DNA from: Spirochaetia bacterium
GTDB lineage: Bacteria; Spirochaetota; Spirochaetia; UBA9216
DNA: 64,000 bases
Reading direction: 5' to 3'
NCBI GenBank assembly: GCA_963677925.2
Contig: CAXXYH010000003.1
Coordinates: 1,472,001 to 1,536,000 of the forward strand
Positions 48,346-58,463 of the stretch are shown one piece after another. The position numbers and the translations under genes are program-made. The notes beneath the pieces were generated by a model. The model ran no database searches, was not told the origin of the DNA, and worked only from the letters and a program-made list of their open reading frames with translations. Each line of letters starts with the position of its first letter. Position 1 is the stretch's first letter.

Positions 48346-48666
48346 TCAGTCAAGATGGTACATTTCTTCCATGTCCGCCCACCATTCGCCATCCTTTCTT
48401 GTTTCAAGCGGGCTCTGCAGCGGTTTCATTATTGCCCACCATTCCTGGGTCTTTGAATCATCCGCCATCTTCTGCATGTCAGCCTCAAAATCTTCGCCGA
48501 CATATTCAAAATAAGCAAAAAGCAGTTCATCTTTAAAAAAGATGGTATAGTTCTTAATATTGCATTCAGTTATTTTGCTGTTTATCTCGGGCCATGCGTT
48601 TGCATGGTACTGCTTATACTTCTCGTAATTCTCTTTTTTAAGGCCGATAACCTGTCCGAATCTCAT
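48346..48666 (-). CDS. L-rhamnose mutarotase-family protein (RhaM-like)
   Basis: YKQYHANAWPE, NYTIF, LFAYFEY, TQEWW, EEMYHLD motifs. Confidence 0.9.
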   Translation of the reverse strand: MRFGQVIGLKKENYEKYKQYHANAWPEINSKITECNIKNYTIFFKDELLFAYFEYVGEDFEADMQKMADDSKTQEWWAIMKPLQSPLETRKDGEWWADMEEMYHLD

Positions 48667-48689
48667 AACACTGTCTCCGTATTAATCCT

Positions 48690-48718
48690 ATCCTAACACG
48701 GAATTTCAGGCTGTCAAG
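48690..48718 (-). promoter_or_regulatory. Sigma-70-type promoter of the mutarotase/ABC/URO-D operon
   Basis: TTGACA-17 nt-TAGGAT with an extended TG. Confidence 0.65.
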
Positions 48719-48873
48719 TTTTTTTGTTAAAATTTTATGCAATATAGCAATATTTTTATCTTGTTTTTACCTTATTTTAGCAAAGATATGTATTTTTAGG
48801 CCGTATTTATCAAATAATTGGCTATTTATAGCGTATTATTGCTAAAATTTTGATAAAATTATTTTAAAAAAGA

Positions 48874-48901
48874 TTGACAGAAACCCAAAGGATGATAAAA
48901 T
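48874..48901 (+). promoter_or_regulatory. Sigma-70-type promoter of LacI gene
   Basis: TTGACA-16 nt-TAAAAT with an extended TG. Confidence 0.6.
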
Positions 48902-48930
48902 ACTGCTAAATTGATTTGCTGGATGAATAA

Positions 48931-49962
48931 ATGAAACCTAAATTGCGTGATGTTGCAGAAAAAGCCGGAGTGTCCCTGACCGCGGCCTCGATGGCTCTCT
49001 CAGAGACAGGCAGAATATCAGATGAGACAAGAGCCAAGGTGTTTGCAGCCGCAGAAAAGCTCGGCTACAAGCGTAAAGAAAAAATCAACAGGATATCCGA
49101 CTTCGATCACGTCTGCGTACTGATAAACGGAGACTACGAATGGGCTTTTATATTCAAATTCATCAGACCCATAATAGAATCCATCGAAAGTGATTTGAAA
49201 GCAGTAGGTCTGAACCTGATTCTCATACCCATATATCACCGAGAAACACCCCAGCAGATGTTTGACAAGATAAAGTCGTCCGGCTCAGGAGCAGTAATTT
49301 CGCTTCACTTCGGAAACGATGAGCTTTTCGCCCGTCTGGAAACAGCCGGGATGATGGTAATAACGGTGATGAATTCTGAGTTTCACGATAAATACTACTC
49401 AATTTGTGTAGATGACTTTCAGGGAGCATACGAAGCAGGAAATCATCTGATAAGACTCGGACATCGCAAGATTGCATATGTCGGCATACAGAGAATTGAT
49501 CTTCCAGCACTTTCAAACGACCGCTTTATCGGATTCAAAAAATCGATGGACGTAAACAGAATTGAACTCCCGCCGGAGTATATATTCGAGTTTGAAACCG
49601 GCCACATGGATAAGCTCCGCAAGGATCTCTATCCTGTTTTCAACCCCGAAAACAAGGTAAAACCAACAGCTGTTTTCTGTCTTGATGATGATCTGGCCTT
49701 ACGGGTAATCCTTGCACTCAAAGAACTTACGCTCTCAATCCCAGAAGATGTATCAATTATCGCCCCCGGTGATGTTCTTGATTACAACATGCCATACATT
49801 CCGCCAATTACCACTATGAAGATAGACACTGCTTATATGGGCAAAATAATTGTGCAGATGCTTATAAACAGGATTGAGAACACTCCCAACAACCAGCATG
49901 GACTCAAAGTTCAGCAGCACCTGGTGGAAAGGGGCTCCTGCCGAAGTATTTCTCAGCAGTAG
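48931..49962 (+). CDS. LacI-family transcriptional regulator
   Basis: LRDVAEKAGVSLTAAS HTH; GHRKIAY; IPEDVSII. Confidence 0.95.
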   Translation: MKPKLRDVAEKAGVSLTAASMALSETGRISDETRAKVFAAAEKLGYKRKEKINRISDFDHVCVLINGDYEWAFIFKFIRPIIESIESDLKAVGLNLILIPIYHRETPQQMFDKIKSSGSGAVISLHFGNDELFARLETAGMMVITVMNSEFHDKYYSICVDDFQGAYEAGNHLIRLGHRKIAYVGIQRIDLPALSNDRFIGFKKSMDVNRIELPPEYIFEFETGHMDKLRKDLYPVFNPENKVKPTAVFCLDDDLALRVILALKELTLSIPEDVSIIAPGDVLDYNMPYIPPITTMKIDTAYMGKIIVQMLINRIENTPNNQHGLKVQQHLVERGSCRSISQQ

Positions 49963-51254
49963 TCCTGAACAACCCGGGAGGCTATAGTCTCCCAGTCCCA
50001 CAGCCTTTCAGGATGGTATTTCACCGTTGAAATATCCTTCATGATAAGCTCAACACTGCACTTCCCTTCTGTTCTGTCCAGAAACTCCCTTATTTCAGCT
50101 TCTGCCCGCCTGGGGTCCCAGCTGCTTTCGGCAAGGATTGCAGGGTTGGGCTTCCGGCTCATCACGTAGCGATCACCGAAATTTTCAACAGCCCGTTCCG
50201 TATCGGACCAGGGGGAGACTGAAACCTTCCTGAGGTTCGGAATGCGCCGCAGTATTTCAGCCTTGCCGTCAAGAGGTTCACAGCATCCGTAGTAGGTATA
50301 CTTCCAGCGCTTAAGCCAGCGCATATCATGTTCAATTGCGAAATCCCAGTGCATGGACGGGGAAACTTCACTGAATATCTGGGCGTTCGAACAGCCCCAC
50401 ATGTTATGCGGCTTAACGTATGCTGGATCATAATCATCTCCCGGCATATCACTGATGTAGCCGTAACCGCCGGAGCCTATTCTTGTATTGCCGCAGTCAA
50501 GGGAGAGCAGGTTCTGCTGCACAAACTGATCCAGTTCAGCCATCCACGCATCCACCATCCGATCTACAAAGGCGTGAACCATATCAGGCCTCATGGCCAG
50601 ATCCATCATAGCCTCCGAAACGCCCCACCAGCGAATTAAATAATCCCAGGGAGTAAACCAGATATGGCTCTGACCGACCTTCTGCACAGGAATTATTCCG
50701 TCAAAGATTTCAGTCATTGCATTAAAGCTGTACTCAGTTGCCTTTTTAAAATGTGTGACCACCGGCATTCTTATCTTCTGCAGGTCATCCATGTCTTTTA
50801 TCTGGATTTCAAAATGCCTTGAATAGATATCATTTTCTTCATCGGTTTTTGCGACATCGACTTTTTCGATAATTCCGAAGTCGGTACTGTGAATAACCAG
50901 GGGGCATTCGATGCGGGGATTTACTATCATGTCTCCGGGCATGTGATTCCACTGGTAAATAATTCTTCGAAGTCTTGTTTCAAGCTCCTGTGCCCAGGGA
51001 TGCCTGGTTTTCAGCGTAAGTTCATCATCGACATTCATCTCATGCCATGGAATCTCATTTATCCAGACAAGAGGGCGGGGATTTTTCAGATCATTCAGCC
51101 GGGTCCAAAGTTGTGCCCTATGGGAATTAACCGGGTCATCGGCAATTTCTGCAATTCGGCTGCCAAGCCTTTTTAGAACATCAATCTCATCTCTATCAAG
51201 AATAATTTCCTCTTCTACCGGAATCTCCGGCCTGTGGCTTGGATCATGCAGCAT
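49953..51254 (-). CDS. Divergent URO-D/methyltransferase-like TIM-barrel protein (YYGCCEPL type)
   Basis: FSEVSPSMHWDF, YYGCCEPL, KVSVSPW, SRKPNP; GGAGG RBS and an extended -10 TGCTATAAT upstream. Fold assignment is from motif resemblance only. Confidence 0.65.
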   Translation of the reverse strand: MLHDPSHRPEIPVEEEIILDRDEIDVLKRLGSRIAEIADDPVNSHRAQLWTRLNDLKNPRPLVWINEIPWHEMNVDDELTLKTRHPWAQELETRLRRIIYQWNHMPGDMIVNPRIECPLVIHSTDFGIIEKVDVAKTDEENDIYSRHFEIQIKDMDDLQKIRMPVVTHFKKATEYSFNAMTEIFDGIIPVQKVGQSHIWFTPWDYLIRWWGVSEAMMDLAMRPDMVHAFVDRMVDAWMAELDQFVQQNLLSLDCGNTRIGSGGYGYISDMPGDDYDPAYVKPHNMWGCSNAQIFSEVSPSMHWDFAIEHDMRWLKRWKYTYYGCCEPLDGKAEILRRIPNLRKVSVSPWSDTERAVENFGDRYVMSRKPNPAILAESSWDPRRAEAEIREFLDRTEGKCSVELIMKDISTVKYHPERLWDWETIASRVVQDYC

Positions 51255-51417
51255 ATCAGACCTCCCCTGTTAAAAACTACCCCCTTCATTATAGCAGCGT
51301 GAACTGCCGAATCGTCAAGGAAGATCTTTCAGGGGAGGTTTAACTGAACACTGCTGATATTTACAGTACTGCTGCAGGTGACTGAAGCGGACAGGTCAAG
51401 CCAGTATGCAATAAAGC

Positions 51418-52596
51418 TTAACCGGCAACTCCTGATTGTTTTCTTCTGTTTTCAAAACCTGCCAGAAAAAAAGCTGAGGCAAGACCTACTATCAGCATTA
51501 CGACTGAAGCATAGAGAAATATATTACTGATTGCAGTATTTATCATAATTCTTCCGTTTACCATTGTCCCCAGAGCGCCTCCAACAAACATGTTAAAGGA
51601 AGCCAGAGACATTGCCGTCCCGCGCATTGAGGGAAGTTTCATCTGTGCAGTTGAAACCAGCGTTGTCTGCAGGAAAATGAAAGCAATACCGAAACTGAAC
51701 AGTCCAAGACAGAGCATTAAAACACCGGAAAACCTTGATAAAATATACAGCCCTGCAAAACCGAGAATTCCGGCTGCTGCAAGAAAACCGTGTTTTAACA
51801 ACTTCCGCATTTTCGGTGCAATTCTTCCGCCGAATACTGTACCCACCCCGAAGCAGGATAAAATCAATCCTACCTGGAGAACAGATAATCCGGTAGCCTG
51901 CTGGAGCAGCTTACCTGAATAGGTAAAACTTCCAAAAACTGCAAAGCCGACAAAGAAAATGGTAACAACAAGCCGCATAAACCTGGCGTTCGACAGCGGC
52001 GTCTTATAGGCAGTTACAAAATTAAGCCTGTCCACTACTCCGCTGTCTTTTTCAAGCATCCTGGTCATTATCACAGCCGCCGCCAGCTCTCCGATACCGT
52101 AGACAATATAAACAAGTCTCCATGAGCCGAAATACGAAAGAATACCGCCAATGGCTGTAGCTGTAGCGCCGCCGAGAAACATCATCCCCATAACCTTCCC
52201 GAGTGCACCCTGCCGTTGCTTATCATCAAAAGACTGACCGACCAGGGCCATTGTTACAGGAAATATTCCCGCTCCGAAAGCTCCGTTGAAAGCTCTGAAG
52301 ACCATCAGACTCTGCAGATTAAATGCAAACCCACCCAGAATACTGAATACAGCGGTACCGAAGGCTGCGATACGGATAATCCGGACTTTTCCGAACCTGT
52401 CTGAAAGCGGACCGAAAATCAATGTAAAAAGTCCGAACGATAGCATATATGCAGTTACAGAGTATGCGGCATGCTGGACTGTAAGGTTCAAATCTTCGGA
52501 TATTTTCAGCAACAAAGGTGCCGCTGCATAATTATCTCCGTTAGTCATAAATGCCATAAGACCGAGAATCATCAGCATTGAGTTCTTCTTATTCAT
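51418..52596 (-). CDS. MFS transporter (DHA1-like)
   Basis: Motif A GPLSDRFGK; about 12 TM segments. Confidence 0.92.
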   Translation of the reverse strand: MNKKNSMLMILGLMAFMTNGDNYAAAPLLLKISEDLNLTVQHAAYSVTAYMLSFGLFTLIFGPLSDRFGKVRIIRIAAFGTAVFSILGGFAFNLQSLMVFRAFNGAFGAGIFPVTMALVGQSFDDKQRQGALGKVMGMMFLGGATATAIGGILSYFGSWRLVYIVYGIGELAAAVIMTRMLEKDSGVVDRLNFVTAYKTPLSNARFMRLVVTIFFVGFAVFGSFTYSGKLLQQATGLSVLQVGLILSCFGVGTVFGGRIAPKMRKLLKHGFLAAAGILGFAGLYILSRFSGVLMLCLGLFSFGIAFIFLQTTLVSTAQMKLPSMRGTAMSLASFNMFVGGALGTMVNGRIMINTAISNIFLYASVVMLIVGLASAFFLAGFENRRKQSGVAG

Positions 52597-52966
52597 CAGT
52601 TTTCCCTATTATTTCACCAATCTCACTGCTGACACGCTTAATAATTTCATCGGTAATTTCTGTTTTACCTTTTTCCACTCCGTAATCAGTCATAACAAAC
52701 TGTGTATAGGGCAGGTTTTTATTTTCAAATATTTTCTTTCCGCACCCTACCTTGCATCCGTCCATAATAAAATTCCCGTCTGACTCTTTTGCAGAGATCA
52801 GAAATCCTGAAAGATCCGCACCGACTGCAGCCAGACAGGTTCCGGCAGCAACCCCTTCTGACTTCAGCGCTCTAAAAACCTGATCAGCAAGATACCCGGT
52901 ATTGGCTGCACCTGAACATGAGTATATGAGCCTGACCTTTTTATCATCACCGCAACAGCATGACAT
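52589..52966 (-). CDS. DGC-domain putative zinc-binding protein
   Basis: MSCCC, YSCSGAAN, CLAAVG, DGCKVGC motifs. Confidence 0.88.
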   Translation of the reverse strand: MSCCCGDDKKVRLIYSCSGAANTGYLADQVFRALKSEGVAAGTCLAAVGADLSGFLISAKESDGNFIMDGCKVGCGKKIFENKNLPYTQFVMTDYGVEKGKTEITDEIIKRVSSEIGEIIGKTDE

Positions 52967-52979
52967 TTGATACTCCTTT

Positions 52980-53027
52980 TTTGTTTAAAAGTTTCTTTAT
53001 TAAGAAACTTTTAAACAAAGATGTCAA
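52980..53027 (-). promoter_or_regulatory. Long palindromic operator overlapping the promoter of the DGC-MFS operon
   Basis: 18-bp arms TTTGTTTAAAAGTTTCTT-tatt-AAGAAACTTTTAAACAAA (52980-53019); TTGACA at 53027-53022. Confidence 0.7.
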
Positions 53028-53071
53028 GTATCTATCCTGATGCAACCTGGCTATTTTAAGTATTCATTAAC

Positions 53072-53101
53072 TTGCCAACTTTTAAAAATGAGTGCTATAC
53101 T
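53072..53101 (+). promoter_or_regulatory. Promoter of a probably leaderless LacI transcript
   Basis: TTGCCA-18 nt-TATACT with an extended TG; ATG follows 6 nt later with no RBS. Confidence 0.6.
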
Positions 53102-53107
53102 CGGGCC

Positions 53108-54094
53108 ATGGCTATCACAGTAAAAGAAGTTGCAGTTCATGCAGGTGTTTCAACAGCTACGGTATCAAGAGTCCTGAATAACGACCCCGGTATAAAACCG
53201 TCCACAAGGGAAAAAGTCCTGAAAGCGATCAAAGACACCGGCTACAGAATGAACCGTGCGGCAAGAAGCCTGAAAACTTCCAGGACAGGAACTGTAGGCC
53301 TGCTTGTACCGGAACTTGTAAACGACTTTTTTATGACTGTGGCAAAGGGCGTTGAAGATGAGCTTCGGGCCTACGGCTACGGGGTAATTCTCTGCAATGC
53401 AAATGAAAACACAGATGACGAGAAAGACCGGATTGAACTTCTTATAGAGCAGTGTGTAGATGGTGTGATTATCATTCCGGTCGGTTCCAAAGGAAATCAT
53501 TTTAATCTTTTAAGCAGGACGGAAACCCCGGTTGTACTTGTCGACAGACTGGTAGAGGATTTCTCAAGTGACGCAGTACTGGCAGATAACATAAGCGGAG
53601 CGTTTTCGGCAGTAGAAAAACTGATAGCAGACGGCTGCAGGCGCTTCGGTTTTATCGGCGGGAGCCTTGATCTCTCAAACTTCCGTGAACGGTATGAAGG
53701 CTTTCAGAAGGCCCTTGATGCCCACGGAATTAAACCTGAGCCTGAAATTATCAAGTTCGGAGATGTTCACATAGAATCCGGCTACAGATTCATGAAAGAG
53801 CTGATGGAAGCCCCTTCCCCGCCTGAAAATGTATTTATAGCCAACTACTTTCTTCATGTAGGAGCGGCAAAATTTCTGTTCGAACACAAAAATGAACTCC
53901 CCTGTGATATCAGGATCGCCGGTTTTGACGATATGGCCCTCTCTTCAATACTCGGATTTTCAAGTGTAACGGTTTCACAGCCTATGCTTGAGATGGGAAA
54001 GACAGCAGCGAATCTGCTTATGAGACGGATAAAGAAGGAAACAGAAGAATGCTGCTCGATAATAAGACTTGAAACCAGCCTCATTGAGCATTGA
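53108..54094 (+). CDS. LacI-family transcriptional regulator
   Basis: TVKEVAVHAGVSTATVSRVLN; AARSLK; GFDD. Start reassigned to ATG 53108. Confidence 0.95.
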   Translation: MAITVKEVAVHAGVSTATVSRVLNNDPGIKPSTREKVLKAIKDTGYRMNRAARSLKTSRTGTVGLLVPELVNDFFMTVAKGVEDELRAYGYGVILCNANENTDDEKDRIELLIEQCVDGVIIIPVGSKGNHFNLLSRTETPVVLVDRLVEDFSSDAVLADNISGAFSAVEKLIADGCRRFGFIGGSLDLSNFRERYEGFQKALDAHGIKPEPEIIKFGDVHIESGYRFMKELMEAPSPPENVFIANYFLHVGAAKFLFEHKNELPCDIRIAGFDDMALSSILGFSSVTVSQPMLEMGKTAANLLMRRIKKETEECCSIIRLETSLIEH

Positions 54095-54141
54095 TTTTCA
54101 ACCCATCCTGAATAATACTTAAATTTACAGACAGATTTTTC

Positions 54142-54192
54142 TTGATTTTTATTTTAAATCGGTGGATAATAAATGTAATCGATTACATTTAT
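54142..54192 (+). promoter_or_regulatory. fucI promoter with LacI-type operator
   Basis: TTGATT-17 nt-GATAAT; perfect 24-bp palindrome ATAAATGTAATCGATTACATTTAT (54169-54192) with central CG. Confidence 0.82.
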
Positions 54193-54228
54193 ACTCTTGA
54201 TTATCGACAGTTTAAGGAGTTTTTTCTG

Positions 54229-56034
54229 ATGAGTACAGGAAAGGAATTCAAAAACAGACTAAAAGGCGAAATGCCTAAAATCGGCATACGTCCTGTTATT
54301 GACGGAAGGATGAGGGGTGTACGCGAATCACTCGAAGTCCAGACTATGAACATGGCTGCATCAGCCGCAAAATTAATTACTGAAAATCTCAGGCATCCCA
54401 ACGGACTTCCTGTTGAATGCGTTATTTCTGATACAACCATAGGCGGAGTTGCAGAAGCTGCTCAGTGCGCTGAGAAATTCGCCAGAGAAGGTGTAGGTGT
54501 TTCACTTACAGTAACCCCCTGCTGGTGCTATGGGACCGAGGTAATGGATGCCGATCCCAACCTGCCGAAAGCTGTATGGGGATTTAACGGTACAGAACGC
54601 CCGGGTGCGGTTTATCTTGCCGCAGCTCTTGCCGGTTATGCCCAGAAGGGACTGCCAGCATTCGGTATCTACGGACGTGATGTTCAGGACTCCGACGATA
54701 CATCAATTCCCGAAGACGTAAAAGGCAAACTGCTCTCATTCTCAAAGGCCGGACTGGCTGTAGCCTACATGAAGGGTAAATCATACCTTTCAATCGGCGG
54801 AACCTCTATGGGTATTGCAGGATCAATTGTAGACCAGGATTTTTTCCAGGAATATCTTGGAATGCGGACCGAAGTAGTCGACATGAGCGAAGTTGCCCGC
54901 CGTGTCGAAGAGGATATCTACGACAAAGATGAGTTTAAAATAGCTCTTGAATGGGTAAAAAAGAACTGTAAAGAGCAGGAAGACACTGTTAATCCTCCAG
55001 AGTGGAGACGCTCCCCCGAACAGCGCCAGAGCGACTGGGAATATGTAACCAAGATGGTTATGATAGGCCGCGACCTCATGGTAGGCAATCCCAAGCTTGC
55101 AGAGATGGGATATGGAGAAGAGGCCATGGGCCGCAATGCAATAGCAGGCGGATTTCAGGGCCAGAGGTCATGGACCGACCACTACCCCAACGGCGACTTC
55201 ATGGAAACCATGCTCAATACATCATTCGACTGGAACGGAATACGTGAAGCCTTCGTTTTCGCCACCGAAAATGATGCACTTAACGCTGTCCCCATGCTTT
55301 TCGGTCATCTTCTTACCGACACTGCACAGATCTTCAGCGATGTAAGAACTTACTGGAGCCCTGAAGCAATCGAAAGAGTAACAGGATGGAAACCTGAAGG
55401 TAAGGCTGCTGACGGCCTTATTCACCTGATAAACTCAGGCTCAACAACCCTTGACGGAACAGGCGAACAGACGGGTAAAGACGGCAAGCCTGTAATGAAA
55501 CCCTTCTGGGACATCACTGAAGATGAGGTTAAGAAATGTCTTGAGGCAACAGAGTTCTGCGTCGGCGACGGCGGATACTTCAGAGGCGGCGGCTATTCAA
55601 CTGACTTCCTCACTAAAGGTGATATGCCTATTACTATGAGCCGTGTGAATATCATCAAGGGACTGGGCCCTGTTCTTCAGCTTGCAGAAGGCTGGACTGT
55701 AACAATTCCCGAGAAGGCGCATGACACACTCGATGTCAGAACAAATCCGACCTGGCCTACAACCTGGTTTGCTCCAAGAGTTACAGGAAAGGACGGGGCT
55801 TTCAAGGATGTATATTCTGTAATGGCAAACTGGGGTGCAAACCACGGCGCCATAAGCTATGGACATATCGGCGATAAACTGATAACACTATGTTCTATGC
55901 TTAGGATTCCTGTATGCATGCATAACGTTGAAGATGAAAGAATCTTCAGGCCTGCAGTATGGAATTCATTCGGTATGGACAAAGAAGGTGCAGACTACAG
56001 AGCCTGCGGAAACTTCGGACCAATATATAAATAA
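54229..56034 (+). CDS. fucI: L-fucose/D-arabinose isomerase
   Basis: [47 protein letters not shown]; ATG 54229 after AAGGAG. Confidence 0.97.
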   Translation: MSTGKEFKNRLKGEMPKIGIRPVIDGRMRGVRESLEVQTMNMAASAAKLITENLRHPNGLPVECVISDTTIGGVAEAAQCAEKFAREGVGVSLTVTPCWCYGTEVMDADPNLPKAVWGFNGTERPGAVYLAAALAGYAQKGLPAFGIYGRDVQDSDDTSIPEDVKGKLLSFSKAGLAVAYMKGKSYLSIGGTSMGIAGSIVDQDFFQEYLGMRTEVVDMSEVARRVEEDIYDKDEFKIALEWVKKNCKEQEDTVNPPEWRRSPEQRQSDWEYVTKMVMIGRDLMVGNPKLAEMGYGEEAMGRNAIAGGFQGQRSWTDHYPNGDFMETMLNTSFDWNGIREAFVFATENDALNAVPMLFGHLLTDTAQIFSDVRTYWSPEAIERVTGWKPEGKAADGLIHLINSGSTTLDGTGEQTGKDGKPVMKPFWDITEDEVKKCLEATEFCVGDGGYFRGGGYSTDFLTKGDMPITMSRVNIIKGLGPVLQLAEGWTVTIPEKAHDTLDVRTNPTWPTTWFAPRVTGKDGAFKDVYSVMANWGANHGAISYGHIGDKLITLCSMLRIPVCMHNVEDERIFRPAVWNSFGMDKEGADYRACGNFGPIYK

Positions 56035-56085
56035 ACTCCATAAGGATTTTATTATTAGGACGACTTGATTCAATTGAATCTGTAA

Positions 56086-56124
56086 GGGGCTGACCGGAAT
56101 TCATTTCCGGCCGGTTCTTTTTTT
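56086..56124 (+). terminator. Intrinsic terminator after fucI
   Basis: GGGGCTGACCGGAA-N5-TTCCGGCCGGTTC followed by a T-run. Confidence 0.8.
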
Positions 56125-56181
56125 CTAAATACTCTTATTTTTTACATCTTAACAACTTTTTTAAATACAACATAAAATTGC

Positions 56182-57537
56182 CTATTTTTTATTTTCTCTT
56201 GACACTTCCCGGAGAGTATCTTCCAGCCGATTTAAAACTTCATCAATCTGTTCTCTGGTTATTATAAGCGGCGGCTCAAATCTTATTGTATTGGCGCTTA
56301 TCAATGTCCCTGCAACTAGAACCTTCCGTTTAAAAAGCCCGGACGCTACATGATATCCTGTTTCCGAGTCAACAAAATGCTGTCCGATCAGAAGCCCCTT
56401 ACCAGTTACCTTAGAATAAATTCCGGGATATCTTTCCCCTAAGTCTCTAATCTTCCCGATAAAATAATTGCCGTTTTCTTCAGCCTTTTTAGGTAAGTCT
56501 TCCCTTAAGGTAATTTCAATCGCTTTTATTGCAGCAGCACAGGCCATCGGATTTCCACCGGTTGTTGTAGTATGAATAAACGGATTCGGATCTTCAAGAG
56601 CCTTCCAGATTTCTGCATTACTCATAAAACTTCCGATAGGCATTACCCCGCCTCCAAGTGATTTTGCTGTACACAGTATATCTGGAACAACATTCCAGTG
56701 TTCAACCGCCCACATTGTACCGGTTCGGCCCATACCGGTTTGAACCTCATCACATATCATCAGAATTTCATATCTGCTGCAGATTTCCCTGACTCTTGGC
56801 CAGTACTCTTCAGGCGGGACTATAGCCCCGGCCTCGCCCTGAATAGGTTCAGCTATAAATGCAGCTACTTCAATTCCTACAGTAGCTAAGATCTCAAGCT
56901 GTTTTGCAAGTGCATCGGCATCTCCGAAAGGTACAAAATAATTCTGAGTTCCAAAAGGCTGCATTTCATAGCGATAATCTTTTTTTCCCATAACAGCCAA
57001 AGAACCGGCGGTTTTACCGTGAAAAGCCTTTGTTGTGCTTATCAGAGCGTGTTTTCCAGTATACAACCTTGCAAGTTTTAAAGCACCTTCGACTGCTTCA
57101 GTTCCTGAGTTTACAAAAAAAGCATGATCAATATTTCCGGGTGTAACCTTCGCTAGCAAACCAGCTAATGCTCCACGCAGCGGATCCATCAGCTCCTGGG
57201 TTGGAATACCTGATCTTGCAGCCTGCGATTTAACAGCATCTACAACCTCAGGATGAGACCATCCCAAATCAAGAGCACCATAACCGCCAAGACAGTCAAT
57301 GTATTCTTTTCCGAAGATGTCATAATAATAAATTCCATTACCCTTCCATTCGGTTCCTGCATAATCTCCAGATTCAGTTACCGATTTGCGATACTCGACC
57401 CAACCCTTATTAAAATGATTCACAAAATTATCTACTGTTTCTTCTGCTACCCATCGTGCCGTTTCTGTATCGACCTCCTGACTTGTAATGATATCAGACC
57501 ATTTTTGGGCATATGCCACGGGATCGTTATATCTCAT
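56182..57537 (-). CDS. patA: Putrescine aminotransferase (class III PLP)
   Basis: DCLGGYG, NSGTEAVE, FHGKT, EPIQGE, DEVQTG, AKSLGGG, PFIHTTTTGGNP; N-terminus of the PatA/YgjG type. Confidence 0.88.
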   Translation of the reverse strand: MRYNDPVAYAQKWSDIITSQEVDTETARWVAEETVDNFVNHFNKGWVEYRKSVTESGDYAGTEWKGNGIYYYDIFGKEYIDCLGGYGALDLGWSHPEVVDAVKSQAARSGIPTQELMDPLRGALAGLLAKVTPGNIDHAFFVNSGTEAVEGALKLARLYTGKHALISTTKAFHGKTAGSLAVMGKKDYRYEMQPFGTQNYFVPFGDADALAKQLEILATVGIEVAAFIAEPIQGEAGAIVPPEEYWPRVREICSRYEILMICDEVQTGMGRTGTMWAVEHWNVVPDILCTAKSLGGGVMPIGSFMSNAEIWKALEDPNPFIHTTTTGGNPMACAAAIKAIEITLREDLPKKAEENGNYFIGKIRDLGERYPGIYSKVTGKGLLIGQHFVDSETGYHVASGLFKRKVLVAGTLISANTIRFEPPLIITREQIDEVLNRLEDTLREVSRENKK

Positions 57538-58454
57538 TTCTGTTTCCCTTCTAATTGAATATTATTTTTGTTGTTGTAAATTGCTCCAAACACTTCATAT
57601 ATAATTTTTAATGCAGCCCAGGAGGTAATGTCTGAACTGTCCATAGGTGGTGAAACTTCTACAATATCAAGCACCTTTACCGGAAGGCTTGCAAGCAGAC
57701 TCTTTATTAATTGCAGAAGCTCTCGTGATGTGAGTCCTCCCGCTTCGGGTGTACCGGTTCCTGGGGCATAGGCGGGGTCAAGAACATCAATATCGATTGA
57801 AACATAAACCGCATCATAAGCCTCATATCTTGAGACCAAATCTTCCGCAGTTGCAGAGATCCCCTTATTCCATATATCTTCAGCGGTGATAATATTAATT
57901 TTTTGATGCTCGGCAAGGTACTCAAGTTCTTCTTTTTCCCAGGATCTTATCCCGACCAGAGACAGTCCCTCATCACTCATAGCGTAATGCTCAAGGGCTC
58001 TCCGCTGCGTACATGCATGAGACCACCTGTGTCCGCAGTATTCATCAAGAATATCACTATGTGAATCCAAATGAATTATACCGGCCTTTTTACCGGAGTA
58101 CTCATCAAGAAAAGCCTGCTCCAGAGGTATTGTTACTGAATGATCACCTCCCAGAAACAGGCAGAACTTACCGCAGCCAATTAATTGTCCGGATTCGGTT
58201 CGTATAGTCTCCCATAATCTTTCCCAGTCAAGATCGACTTGAAAATCACCTGCATCAAAGACATGAAAATCTTTCAGCTCTGTTCCGTTCTCTGTAAAGG
58301 GAGGCAGGATTTTTGAAAGCTGCCGGATACGTTCAGGGGCCTGCCAAGCTCCCTTACCGGCACTGGCAGCATTGTCCCATGGCACAGCCTTTAACAGGAC
58401 ATCTGCGTTTTCTATAACCGGAGTATTCAACTCTGTCCATGGCTTATTCAACAT
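57534..58454 (-). CDS. speB: Agmatinase (ureohydrolase family)
   Basis: GGDHS, HLDSHSD, SHAC, SIDIDVLDPAYAPGTGTP, VEVSP motifs. Confidence 0.85.
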   Translation of the reverse strand: MLNKPWTELNTPVIENADVLLKAVPWDNAASAGKGAWQAPERIRQLSKILPPFTENGTELKDFHVFDAGDFQVDLDWERLWETIRTESGQLIGCGKFCLFLGGDHSVTIPLEQAFLDEYSGKKAGIIHLDSHSDILDEYCGHRWSHACTQRRALEHYAMSDEGLSLVGIRSWEKEELEYLAEHQKINIITAEDIWNKGISATAEDLVSRYEAYDAVYVSIDIDVLDPAYAPGTGTPEAGGLTSRELLQLIKSLLASLPVKVLDIVEVSPPMDSSDITSWAALKIIYEVFGAIYNNKNNIQLEGKQK

Positions 58455-58463
58455 AAATTGTTC

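Noticed and set aside
48770-48915. Repeated TGCTAAA/TTTAGCA words between the mutarotase and lacI genes
   Set aside because: These may be operator half-sites, but no clean palindrome is present and the DNA is very AT-rich, so they are too weak to call.
49953-49962. Convergent 3' overlaps (also 40020-40031)
   Set aside because: Short tail-to-tail overlaps are common and need no special explanation.
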